This document shows positions 1-8,398 of a DNA stretch of 32,000 bases, one piece after another. Positions within the stretch are counted from its first letter, which is position 1; each line of letters begins with the position of its first letter. The stretch is from Coprobacillaceae bacterium (lineage in GTDB: Bacteria; Bacillota_I; Bacilli_A; Erysipelotrichales; Coprobacillaceae). The notes under the pieces were generated by a model. The model did not search any database. It was not told where the DNA came from and worked only from the letters and a program-made list of their open reading frames with translations. The stretch lies in the NCBI GenBank assembly GCA_963675915.1, contig OY780959.1, forward strand, positions 750,001 through 782,000, in the 5' to 3' direction. Made by a program: the position numbers and the translations under genes.

Positions 1-60
1 TATGTCATTTTGGCTTTAATGATGCTATTTTTTAGATTATTAGGTAATAAACTCATTTAA
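1..60 (+). CDS. Possible 3' end of an ORF that starts upstream of the window (hydrophobic tail ...YVILALMMLFFRLLGNKLI*)
   Basis: Frame 1 is open from the window edge to TAA at 58-60, and a hairpin terminator follows at 79-107. There is too little sequence to identify the product. Confidence 0.25.
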   Translation, partial: YVILALMMLFFRLLGNKLI

Positions 61-78
61 AATTGAATCCGATCCGGT

Positions 79-107
79 AAAAAAACGCTGCTAAGTTGCA
101 GCGTTTT
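79..107. terminator. Bidirectional intrinsic terminator
   Basis: Stem aaaacgctgc (82-91) pairs with gcagcgtttt (98-107). It is flanked by an A-run on the left and a T-run on the right, so it reads as hairpin plus U-tract on both strands. It sits 10 nt past the stop of the minus-strand gene ending at 118. Confidence 0.7.
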
Positions 108-117
108 GACTAGTTAT

Positions 118-2673
118 TTAAGATACTCCATCACTGATAAAGCGTTTTTCAGGATGGTTTTGGAAATAACTGATGTAATTGTACATTCCCACATTATCTA
201 CGTTCATTTCGCTTGCTCTGATTCTAGGAATATTGGTTGGATCAAAACTCTCACTGTATGGTGAAGGGGCCGGATTCCATCCGACGTTAAGCGCAATGAC
301 ATTGTGATATGCTTCGCCACCATAAGTTCCATCCATCAAGTAAGTATCCAAGGCATCGTCACTAGGTCGTTGCCCATAGGGAATCGACAGGGTGTTGACC
401 ACATAGCTTGAATCATTGATCAACGATTCCAACTCTACTTTTCTCGCGCCAATTGCTTCTTGGAGTTGCGAAGCTGACATTTCTTTCAAACTTTTATGTT
501 CCAAGGTATGGTTTCCGATATCCAGACCCAAGGCCAACAAGTCGTTGACCATTTTTTCTTCGTTGGCTGAGGAACCAAAAGCTGAGGGTCCATCAGAAAA
601 GAAAGTGGCTTCCAAAGGGAAATCCGGATGGGATTCGTGGAAGTCGACCAGAACTCCGACAAAACAAGTCGGATCGATTTCGCCATTGTCAAGATACCTG
701 AAATTATTTTCGTTGGTATCATCAATAGTGATCACTACTGGAGTATAACCCTGGGGAGTAGTGATGTTCCCGGTGGCATAATCTTCCAGTGAAATCGGAC
801 GATATCCCTGATCATAAAGAGTCTGAAGATCTTTTTTCAAGTTTTCCGGAGTTCGAATCCAAGTATCTTCCTCGTCCCCGACGTTATGATACATCAAAAT
901 CATTATCTGGCCCATCTCATTTGGGGCCAGTCCCAAAGGATAATCCTCAGGAGTTATCTGGTCAAGTCCCAAATCGGAAATTTTGAAAACTCCGTCCTCC
1001 ATAATGATATCGACTGTCATGTTTTTAATAACGACATTTCCGTTATTGTTGTTGAAGTTCAGATCAACACTTGCTTGATAATGATACTTGCCGGCAGTGT
1101 TGTCAACTTGATTGATGCTGTTGATTGTATAACTGTTGACTATAACACCCGATTCTTCAAAACCGGCCGTGAAATCATCATAAGAAGCAACCCGGTCGCC
1201 TCTTGGAGTCAGTAAGTAAAGATGACTGGTTTTGCCATATCGCAACGCTTTTAAATATCTTTCCAAAGCCTGTTCCGGTGATCTTTCCCGGACATCTTCT
1301 TCACTGTTAGGTAAAGTGGCTGAATTTTGATCAGATGAATAGAAAATCATCGGATCATAAGTGTTTTGGGAATCCCAAATGATATATTCGTTGATGCCAT
1401 AATCTCGAATGGCACTGATCTGTTTGGCGATGTTTTGGGCGTTGTAGTCGATATGACCGCTGACCCATGAGGCTGTAAATCCCTGAATCCAAGCCCGGAT
1501 ATTGGCCGGGTTTTCCTGGGCGCTGTTGCGCTCCAAAGCTTCCCCGATCGCATTGTGCATCACTTCATAAGGGTGGGCGTCTGGAACATTGAATCCGTAG
1601 ACACCAGTTCCGTAATGACTTGGATAAATCATTGGGCAGATGGCATCGGATAAGTTGGCCATCTTACGCCATGTTTGTCCGATATCTTCAGGATAATCAT
1701 CCCATGACTGGGTTGCCTGAGCAAAGACATCAACCCCGATATTCACGTTATAATCTTCCAATTCTGAGTTGGCAAATTCCAGGAAGTCTTCAATGGCTTC
1801 GTCTTTGCTACGGTCATTTTGATTTTCAAAAACAACAATTGGATTATATGATGCCGCATTAGCCGGGAACCGCACATAATCGTACTGAATTTCCTCGAAC
1901 CCTCGCAAAGCTGCTTCTTTTGAAATTGACAACAGATAATCCCAAATATAGGTATCATATGGGTTTACCCATGAAATGCCGGCACGGTCGCGATAAACGC
2001 CACCGGCAGCCAACTGAATGGTATGTTGAGGCTTCGCTTCTGCAAAAAACGGATCCTTGAAAGCGACGATTCGCGCAATCGGATAAATATCATTGGCTTT
2101 TAGATAGTTTAATAACGGCTCGTAATCTTTGAATGGAGCATTGGCATCGCTGGCCACATTATTTACGGCTTCGATATCACTGTTCCATTTTACCAGCCCG
2201 TCATCATTTTTGACGTCAATTACTAGCGAGTTGATCTCGGTTGCTTTGCATATTGCCAATATTTCTTCAAGCCGGTTGACATCTCCCAGTTGGGAATCGG
2301 ACACAGCTTCATCGGATTGGCCGCTCTTGTATAAAATATATTTGCTGTACAAATCAATATCTTGTTCAGAGAAACTGAAGCCGGCGATATTTCCAGTCAC
2401 ATACAATGCTCTGGCTTCTACCCGTTGGGTAGTTTGGTCCACATCTTCAATTGTTTCAATCAGTGGCAACGGTACATAAAACTCGCCGTCTTCAGACTTG
2501 TTCAAGGTATCCTGTTCATCTCTTTCCTGCTGGGCGATTGCCAGGCGCTGTTCATCAGTTAAAACAACTTCAGTATCATCATCGGTAACTTCTGGAGCAC
2601 TTGTTGACTGACAACCGGTCAATATCGCCCCGGTAACACCCAATGCCAGAAATAATCCTATTTTTCCTCTCAT
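118..2673 (-). CDS. Secreted lipoprotein: glycoside-hydrolase-like TIM-barrel domain (DUF4015-like) + middle domain + CE4 polysaccharide deacetylase (NodB-homology) domain
   Basis: The N-terminus MRGKIGLFLALGVTGAILTGC has a lipobox LTGC (Cys21). RBS GGAGG lies 7 nt upstream of the ATG. Residues ~86-445 carry motifs typical of the putative glycosyl hydrolase family (ARALYVTG, NSLVIDVKNDDG, IARIVAFKD, EIQYDYVRFP). Residues ~590-830 carry CE4 motifs (MYHNV, TIDDT, GNHTLEH). Confidence 0.85.
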   Translation of the reverse strand: MRGKIGLFLALGVTGAILTGCQSTSAPEVTDDDTEVVLTDEQRLAIAQQERDEQDTLNKSEDGEFYVPLPLIETIEDVDQTTQRVEARALYVTGNIAGFSFSEQDIDLYSKYILYKSGQSDEAVSDSQLGDVNRLEEILAICKATEINSLVIDVKNDDGLVKWNSDIEAVNNVASDANAPFKDYEPLLNYLKANDIYPIARIVAFKDPFFAEAKPQHTIQLAAGGVYRDRAGISWVNPYDTYIWDYLLSISKEAALRGFEEIQYDYVRFPANAASYNPIVVFENQNDRSKDEAIEDFLEFANSELEDYNVNIGVDVFAQATQSWDDYPEDIGQTWRKMANLSDAICPMIYPSHYGTGVYGFNVPDAHPYEVMHNAIGEALERNSAQENPANIRAWIQGFTASWVSGHIDYNAQNIAKQISAIRDYGINEYIIWDSQNTYDPMIFYSSDQNSATLPNSEEDVRERSPEQALERYLKALRYGKTSHLYLLTPRGDRVASYDDFTAGFEESGVIVNSYTINSINQVDNTAGKYHYQASVDLNFNNNNGNVVIKNMTVDIIMEDGVFKISDLGLDQITPEDYPLGLAPNEMGQIMILMYHNVGDEEDTWIRTPENLKKDLQTLYDQGYRPISLEDYATGNITTPQGYTPVVITIDDTNENNFRYLDNGEIDPTCFVGVLVDFHESHPDFPLEATFFSDGPSAFGSSANEEKMVNDLLALGLDIGNHTLEHKSLKEMSASQLQEAIGARKVELESLINDSSYVVNTLSIPYGQRPSDDALDTYLMDGTYGGEAYHNVIALNVGWNPAPSPYSESFDPTNIPRIRASEMNVDNVGMYNYISYFQNHPEKRFISDGVS

Positions 2674-3082
2674 CCTAATCCCTCCTAAATCCTAAGTCAC
2701 CTAATCGAATAACTTATAACTCTATTGTAACATTATTTAAGGGATTACTACACACTTTTCCGTTTTTATTGAATTAATTTGTGATTTATGAAGATTAAAG
2801 ACTGATTTTTCTTGAATTGATAGGTAAATGTTTATTAGGTTACAAAGTTGCCATGGCTATTTTTATTATAAAATTGATAATAATCATCTTGATTGGAACA
2901 CTCCAGATAAATTTAAGAAGCGCGGGGCATTGATATTTTTTTAAGCGATTTCAATTTAATCTCCAACTTTTGGTTTTTTGGGTTATAATTTAATTAGATA
3001 GACAAATTGCAATCCGGCTATCAAATCCTAACTGGTGACGATTAGCAAGTGTGCTTTAATAATTGTATTAGATGTTTTTTTA

Positions 3083-3090
3083 GAAACAAT
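3083..3090. repeat. Target-site duplication, left copy (GAAACAAT)
   Basis: The 8 bp immediately outside the left IS end are identical to the 8 bp immediately outside the right end (4764-4771). Confidence 0.8.
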
Positions 3091-3102
3091 GGTAGTGTCA
3101 AA
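3091..3102. repeat. Terminal inverted repeat (left end) GGTAGTGTCAAA
   Basis: Exact reverse complement of 4752-4763. It starts with GG like IS26-type ends (GGCACTGTTGCAAA). Confidence 0.85.
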
Positions 3103-3120
3103 CAGGTATGAAAAGTATGA

Positions 3121-4572
3121 TTAATTTGTTATGGAGTTGTTGATGATGTAATCATTGGCCATAGCGATAATCATATTCCATTTTCTAGGCATGTTGGTCA
3201 CACCTTCGAATGATTCCAGTTTAACTGGAGGACTGTATTCCAAAGAACTATGCTTCCTGAGGAAATTAAAGTATGTGGTAAACAGACACATGAATTCATT
3301 TGCTTTGTTTAAATCCGCAAATCCATTCTTTACGTAATAAGAAAACTTGAATGTTCTGTTCAATCTTTCAATTATCTGCTTTTGAGGTCGGTAAATCTTT
3401 GAAGCTTCATCCTTGTTTTCTAAACCTATTACCTGATGGACTTTGAATTTCCTGTCTTGCAATAGGAAATATTGTTGAGCGGCAAGATAGATTGGATTGC
3501 CATCAACTACAAAACTCAAGCCTTCGGGAATGGCGGTAAACTTTCTGAGTACTGAATAGTAGGCTTGGATAGCTGAAAAGGTATCTCTTTTCATAAAGAT
3601 ATTATATGAAGTGATTATCTTCTTGATGCTGTCACACATGAAAAAGACATAGGCTTTGTTACCGTTGATTTTAACGTAGGTTTCATCACCGCATTGATCT
3701 GGTGTCAATTCACCGTATTGGTAATTGTCTAACCAGGGGTTGATTAGACAGCTTGCCGCTTCGGCGTAATTGGCAACGGTTTGGTGAGATACATCGACAT
3801 CATGTACTTCTTTGAGAATCAATGCAGTTTTTCTTAGGGATAGTCCATAATTGATGTGATACGTGAGGATTAAACCTAGTATTTCCTTAGAATTTTTGAT
3901 TCTGGATAGTTGAACTCTTGAAGGGGTAATAGTCGCCTGGAGCTGTTCTAGTTGTTCTATGGACGCACTAAAAACCCTAGTAATATAGCGAAGTTTGAAA
4001 GCGGATGGATTCTTCTTGTATAGCTTTTTCTCTTGTTTACTAAGGGAGCGGATATTGTGTTTGTAGTAGGTGCATTCCCTGTTTGAGCATCGATATACTG
4101 TGAAATGATCTCTGACATGATGAGGGTCGAGTTTCCGACCGCAGTAAGGACAGTGATGTGCAACTTGTTGGATATAAGGTTTCCCGGGAATAAAAGTTGT
4201 ATCACAAACCTTGCAGCGACACTGCTGGGAGATTTTTCCGGATCTGTTGTCATAAAGATATTCGTAAGGAGCACCGCAGTGAGGGCAGACAGTATCTTTG
4301 GGTATGTTTAAAGGAACTCGTCTATTTATAGGTTTGGGCGAGCGACCGTTATGCTTTGATTTGTAGATTTCAACAGCTTTAGAGAATGTGATTGGAAGAT
4401 TTTCTTCTTTGATGAGAGGAACCGGATCAACTTTGAATTTGCGGTATTGTTCGCCCATTATTAAAGTATCAGGATCTTTGGGAAGAAATTTCATCAAAAA
4501 GCATTCGAATTTGAAAGAAATTTTATTGACAATATTCAATAATTTGATAATTAGTGATATAATCTTAGCCAT
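3121..4572 (-). CDS. DDE transposase, IS6/IS26-like catalytic core with ~225-aa Cys-rich N-terminal extension
   Basis: GDETYVKINGNKAYVF (D296), VVDGNPIY (D357) and KQIIERLNRTFK (E402) parallel IS26 MDETYVKVNGRWAYLY / NTDKAPAY / NNVIECDHGKLK. The HTH YGLSLRKTALILKEVHDVDVSHQTVANY parallels IS26 YGISYRELQEMLAERGVNVDHSTIYRW. RBS AAGGAG lies 10 nt upstream of the ATG. Confidence 0.9.
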   Translation of the reverse strand: MAKIISLIIKLLNIVNKISFKFECFLMKFLPKDPDTLIMGEQYRKFKVDPVPLIKEENLPITFSKAVEIYKSKHNGRSPKPINRRVPLNIPKDTVCPHCGAPYEYLYDNRSGKISQQCRCKVCDTTFIPGKPYIQQVAHHCPYCGRKLDPHHVRDHFTVYRCSNRECTYYKHNIRSLSKQEKKLYKKNPSAFKLRYITRVFSASIEQLEQLQATITPSRVQLSRIKNSKEILGLILTYHINYGLSLRKTALILKEVHDVDVSHQTVANYAEAASCLINPWLDNYQYGELTPDQCGDETYVKINGNKAYVFFMCDSIKKIITSYNIFMKRDTFSAIQAYYSVLRKFTAIPEGLSFVVDGNPIYLAAQQYFLLQDRKFKVHQVIGLENKDEASKIYRPQKQIIERLNRTFKFSYYVKNGFADLNKANEFMCLFTTYFNFLRKHSSLEYSPPVKLESFEGVTNMPRKWNMIIAMANDYIINNSITN

Positions 4573-4751
4573 GGTAATAGTTCTCCTTTACTTGTGGTTT
4601 TGTCACTTACAATTATAGGAGCTATTACCTTTTTTGTATATTGAAATGGCTAAGTTATATGTCGATTCCGGAGGGGAGCGACTAAAATAGATAAAAAACC
4701 TAGGTAGAATGCGGTTTACCAGTTATTTAAAGCTATAAATAACTAACTGGT

Positions 4752-4763
4752 TTTGACACTACC
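4752..4763. repeat. Terminal inverted repeat (right end) TTTGACACTACC
   Basis: Exact reverse complement of 3091-3102. It contains an outward-facing TTGACA (4753-4758). Confidence 0.85.
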
Positions 4764-4771
4764 GAAACAAT
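4764..4771. repeat. Target-site duplication, right copy (GAAACAAT)
   Basis: Identical to 3083-3090. An 8-bp duplication is the size expected for the IS6 family. Confidence 0.8.
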
Positions 4772-4785
4772 TAGGAGGTTTTAAT

Positions 4786-4944
4786 ATGAAAAGAAAACAA
4801 GGTTTGTTGATGGCTGCAATTGGAGTGGGAATATTGATAGTTTCGGCAATTGGTTTTTTTCTGGACTGGGAGTTTGTCAATCCAATCTGGATTGTTTTTG
4901 GGGTCGTTTTTCTTGGCGGGGGATTATCTTTTTTGAAAAAATGA
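4786..4944 (+). CDS. Small two-TM membrane protein (52 aa), hypothetical
   Basis: AGGAGG at 4773-4778 lies 7 nt upstream of ATG 4786. The product MKRKQGLLMAAIGVGILIVSAIGFFLDWEFVNPIWIVFGVVFLGGGLSFLKK has two hydrophobic spans. The longer ORF-track start (4753) lies inside the IS end and was rejected. Confidence 0.55.
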   Translation: MKRKQGLLMAAIGVGILIVSAIGFFLDWEFVNPIWIVFGVVFLGGGLSFLKK

Positions 4945-5160
4945 TCTGGTTGCTGGGGGCGGAAAATCATGATGCCAGGATGTTTTTAAATTGATAAGTG
5001 ATAATGATATTTGATTGATAACCGGATTTTACAAATTTATTTGGAATTGCCAGGGTTATTCAAAGAGTAAGGAAAGTTGATGTGACAAAACTTTTGAGGA
5101 TAGGTCAGAATCAAGGTATCGAGAAGGAAAAATAATTACAGTATAAAAGGAAATTTTAAA

Positions 5161-6150
5161 ATGAAGAAACTTTGGAAGATTTACAGTAATGAGATGCCGG
5201 GATTTATCGTAGAATTTGCGAAGGTCAAGGAAATGCAACGTCTCAAAGATGTGGGAATGAACTGCGGGTGCGAGTACACCCGTTTTGACCGTTTTAAGAA
5301 TTTGCGGCCTTACTCCCGATTTGACCATTCAATCGGGGTTGCCTTGATAATCTGGAATTTCACCAGGGATCAAAAACAAAGCATAGCCGGATTGCTGCAC
5401 GATATTGCCACGCCGGTGTTTGCTCATACCATTGATTTTTTGAATGGGGATCATGAAAAACAGGAATCCACCGAGACGGCAACTGCCTCATTGATCAATT
5501 CATCTCATGAAATCCAATCGCTGTTGGCTAAGTACGAGGTTGCTTTGCCTGATATAATTAATTATCATCTTTATCCGATTGCGGATAATGATTCACCAAA
5601 GCTGTCGGCCGACCGGTTGGAGTATACTCTTGGCAATATGTACAATTATGGGTTCGCGTCATTGGCTGAGATAAAATCCATCTATGAAGACCTAGGGGTT
5701 GGAATCGTCGAGGGGCAACATGAGCTGCTATTCAAATCAAAAGCAAAGGCATTGCTTTTTTCCGAATATATGGTCGATTGCTCCAACATCTATATTTGTG
5801 ACGAGGATCGTTTTGCGATGCAGGCTTTGGCAGACCTGATTGCCAAAGCAATCACCAACGAAGTGATAACCAGAGAAGACCTGTATCTTGATGAAAAAAC
5901 GATTATTGGAAAATTTGAGAGCGATGTTGAACTTTTAAGAGTTTGGAATGAATACAGATCATATTCAAAAATCCATAGCAGCGCTTATAAGCTTTCGGAT
6001 CGATATTCAGTCAAAGTTTCGGCTAAAAGAAGATATATCAACTCCATGATTGAAAACATCGGGAGAGTGATGGATATCGATGCAAGTCTGCAAAAACAAA
6101 TTCGCATGATTGAAGAGAAAGATTTTTCTGTTTGGCTTAGTGCCGATTGA
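5161..6150 (+). CDS. HD-domain metal-dependent phosphohydrolase (dNTPase-like N-terminal motif)
   Basis: RLKDVGMN...YSRFDHSIGVALI and LLHDIATPVFAH supply the H...HD residues of the HD superfamily. Confidence 0.8.
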   Translation: MKKLWKIYSNEMPGFIVEFAKVKEMQRLKDVGMNCGCEYTRFDRFKNLRPYSRFDHSIGVALIIWNFTRDQKQSIAGLLHDIATPVFAHTIDFLNGDHEKQESTETATASLINSSHEIQSLLAKYEVALPDIINYHLYPIADNDSPKLSADRLEYTLGNMYNYGFASLAEIKSIYEDLGVGIVEGQHELLFKSKAKALLFSEYMVDCSNIYICDEDRFAMQALADLIAKAITNEVITREDLYLDEKTIIGKFESDVELLRVWNEYRSYSKIHSSAYKLSDRYSVKVSAKRRYINSMIENIGRVMDIDASLQKQIRMIEEKDFSVWLSAD

Positions 6151-6366
6151 GTTTGGAGGCTATGACCGACTTTTAATCAACTATTTGACCAAGTTCCCAA
6201 ATAAATAAAAAAATTAGCCCAATTGCTTTTTGAAGGTTGATTTTTGTCGGGATAGGTATATAATGCAAGTCTAGCGTTACTCGTATCCAATTATTTTATA
6301 AAGAAAAAGAAAGGCGAACTTCTTGAAAATAGTGATTTTCAGGAGGTTTTGATTATTTGATTTATT

Positions 6367-7227
6367 ATGAACTCCATCTTTAACTATAAGAATTTACGTT
6401 CTTTTGCCTTGATAGCCGTGTCTTCTGTGATTATGGCAATTGCTACCAATACCATGATTCAAAATTCCATGATCTTGTCAGGTGGTTTCATGGGGGTGTC
6501 GCTGCTTACCAATATGGTCAGTTCCAACCTGGGATTTGAAATACCTACCTATGTCATCTTGCTGACTCTTAATATTCCGGTGGCGATGTTTTGTTATCGC
6601 GAAATCTCGCCGCGGTTTACGCTGCTGTCTTTGACTCAAGTTGTCATCACTTCAATGCTTTTGCGGGTTATTCCTGTAGTAGAACTGGTTGATGATATCT
6701 TGTTGAAAGTCGTCTTTGGCGGTTTTTTCTTCGGGATTGCAATCACACTTGCCTTATGGGCCGGAGCCTCTTCAGGAGGGACTGATTTCATTGCTCTTTA
6801 TGTGTCAAACAAATCGGGCCGGGAGATCTGGAACTATGTGTTTGGTTTCAATATCGTCATCATGATTATTTTTGGGGTTTTGTATGGAGCTGATGGGGCA
6901 GCATATACGGTTTTGTTTCAATTCATCTCAACTCAGACCATTGGAAAGTTCCATACCCGTTATAAGAGGGTTCGGATGGAAATCATCACCAATTGTCCTG
7001 ACGAGATCAAAACGGCTTTTTTCAAAACAACTCGTCATGGAATTACGGTTTTTGACTGTATCGGGGGCTATTCGGGAAAACCATTTGTAACTCTGGTATC
7101 GGTTGTCAGTTCCTATCAGGTGCCGGAAATAATTGATTCCCTGGTCGAAGTTGATCCACATGTCATTGTCAACACCACTAAAGTATTGGATTTTCAGGGC
7201 CGGTTTTACAATGCTCCAATTGAATAA
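6367..7227 (+). CDS. YitT-family integral membrane protein with C-terminal DUF2179-like soluble domain
   Basis: Five or six hydrophobic helices are followed by a soluble tail (RVRMEIITNCPDEIKTAF...GITVFDCIGGYSGK), as in YitT/DUF2179 proteins. Confidence 0.8.
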   Translation: MNSIFNYKNLRSFALIAVSSVIMAIATNTMIQNSMILSGGFMGVSLLTNMVSSNLGFEIPTYVILLTLNIPVAMFCYREISPRFTLLSLTQVVITSMLLRVIPVVELVDDILLKVVFGGFFFGIAITLALWAGASSGGTDFIALYVSNKSGREIWNYVFGFNIVIMIIFGVLYGADGAAYTVLFQFISTQTIGKFHTRYKRVRMEIITNCPDEIKTAFFKTTRHGITVFDCIGGYSGKPFVTLVSVVSSYQVPEIIDSLVEVDPHVIVNTTKVLDFQGRFYNAPIE

Positions 7228-7237
7228 GGTTCGTTAA

Positions 7238-7262
7238 AGATTCTGGAAGCAGGATCTTTTTT
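7238..7262 (+). terminator. Intrinsic terminator after the YitT-like gene
   Basis: 8-bp stem AGATTCTG / CAGGATCT (one G-U pair), loop GAAG, then a T-run. Confidence 0.6.
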
Positions 7263-7527
7263 GATAGCGAAAAAGTTGCTTGTTGGAGGTGATTTTATTA
7301 CCTAAAAAGTTGTTTCGAGCAGGGCGCGAAAACACAATATCTCAGCCAAGATAGCGGATTGATTTAAGTCACGTTACTTAAATTTCGATCTGATTATTGC
7401 AATCTTCGAGAAACGATTTGAACTTGAAAAAGTGTGCGGGTTTAAGTGCCTGGATATAAATAAAATGTATTTTATTTTTAGAATATTTATGATATAGTTA
7501 TTAGGTAACTAAATGGGAGGTAATCAA

Positions 7528-7734
7528 ATGGAATATGTATTTTTAGCTGTGGGGCTGATTTTGGGATTGGTAGCTGGATTTTTTGCTGCCAGATATTACT
7601 TCAAACGTCAGTTGAAAAAAAACCCACCTATCAATGAACAAATGATTAGAGCAATGTATATGCAAATGGGTCGTAAACCTAGCGAAGCACAAATCAAAAA
7701 AATCATGCGTGACATGAATAATCAATATAAATAG
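7528..7734 (+). CDS. yneF: UPF0154 family small membrane protein (YneF-like)
   Basis: GGAGG at 7516-7520 lies 7 nt before ATG 7528. An N-terminal TM helix is followed by RQLKKNPPINEQMIRAMYMQMGRKPSEAQIKKIM, the hallmark of YneF/UPF0154. Confidence 0.8.
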   Translation: MEYVFLAVGLILGLVAGFFAARYYFKRQLKKNPPINEQMIRAMYMQMGRKPSEAQIKKIMRDMNNQYK

Positions 7735-7736
7735 AA

Positions 7737-8366
7737 ATGCGTTTATTGATTACAAGGCATTCAAAAACGCTTTGGAATGAGGAACGGCGTCTTCAGGGAC
7801 GGAAAGACTCTAAGTTAACAGCCAAAGGAATCAAGGATGCCCAAATTCTAGGAGAGTATTTGGATAATGAACATATTGATGTTGTTTATTCTTCACCGAT
7901 TCCTAGAGCTAAAACAACAGCCAAAACCATCTTCCCGGAACACAAAGTCAATTATGACGTAAGAATTCAGGAAATGTCTTTTGGCGATTATGAAGGTGAA
8001 AATGTTTCAAAATTGATCAAACAGGATGATTACTACAATCTTTGGCATAAACCAAGAGGGGATATGTCATTGCCTAATGGGGAAACATACAATCAAGTCA
8101 GAACCCGGATTGGGGAATTCTTTGATGAAATCAAAACAAGACATCAAAATGAGACGGTCTTCGTGGTTACCCACGGAATGGCCTTCATCGTCTTTCTTTC
8201 TATCATTAAGAATCTTCCGGTGGAAGAGTTGACTAAAATCAACCAGGAGGTTGTCAGAGGATGCTCTTTGACTGAGATTGAAATCAATGATGATTCAATT
8301 GAAATAATCAAAATTGGTGATTCTAGTTTTCTTCCCAGTGACAATTCAATCAGCTTCAACAAATAG
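7737..8366 (+). CDS. Histidine phosphatase family protein (phosphoglycerate-mutase-like)
   Basis: Contains an N-terminal RHSKTLWN (RHG-type) motif and a second catalytic His in VVTHGMAF. It starts 2 nt after the yneF stop. Confidence 0.8.
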   Translation: MRLLITRHSKTLWNEERRLQGRKDSKLTAKGIKDAQILGEYLDNEHIDVVYSSPIPRAKTTAKTIFPEHKVNYDVRIQEMSFGDYEGENVSKLIKQDDYYNLWHKPRGDMSLPNGETYNQVRTRIGEFFDEIKTRHQNETVFVVTHGMAFIVFLSIIKNLPVEELTKINQEVVRGCSLTEIEINDDSIEIIKIGDSSFLPSDNSISFNK

Positions 8367-8390
8367 ATATCTTCGGATATCTTTTATTTT
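8365..8390 (+). terminator. Intrinsic terminator (UUCG tetraloop hairpin)
   Basis: AGATATC-TTCG-GATATCT followed by TTTTATTTT. It overlaps the TAG stop at 8364-8366. Confidence 0.7.
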
Positions 8391-8398
8391 TCCCTATT

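Larger units (their letters stand above)
3091..4763 (-). mobile_element. IS6-family insertion sequence (1673 bp), apparently intact
   Basis: Perfect 12-bp terminal inverted repeats (GGTAGTGTCAAA), a flanking 8-bp direct repeat, and a single DDE transposase ORF with IS26-like motifs. Confidence 0.85.

Noticed and set aside
848-860. tRNA T-arm-like string GGAGTTCGAATCC
   Set aside because: It lies inside the lipoprotein CDS. I could not fold the flanking sequence into acceptor, D or anticodon stems.
2828-2944. 38-codon plus-strand ORF (MFIRLQSCHGYFYYK...) in the long intergenic region
   Set aside because: It has no Shine-Dalgarno sequence, an odd composition and no supporting signals. It is probably a chance frame in AT-rich spacer.
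4743-4970. 75-aa minus-strand ORF overlapping the small membrane-protein gene and the IS end
   Set aside because: It crosses the IS boundary and so could not pre-date the insertion. It has no RBS and is antisense to a better-supported ORF.
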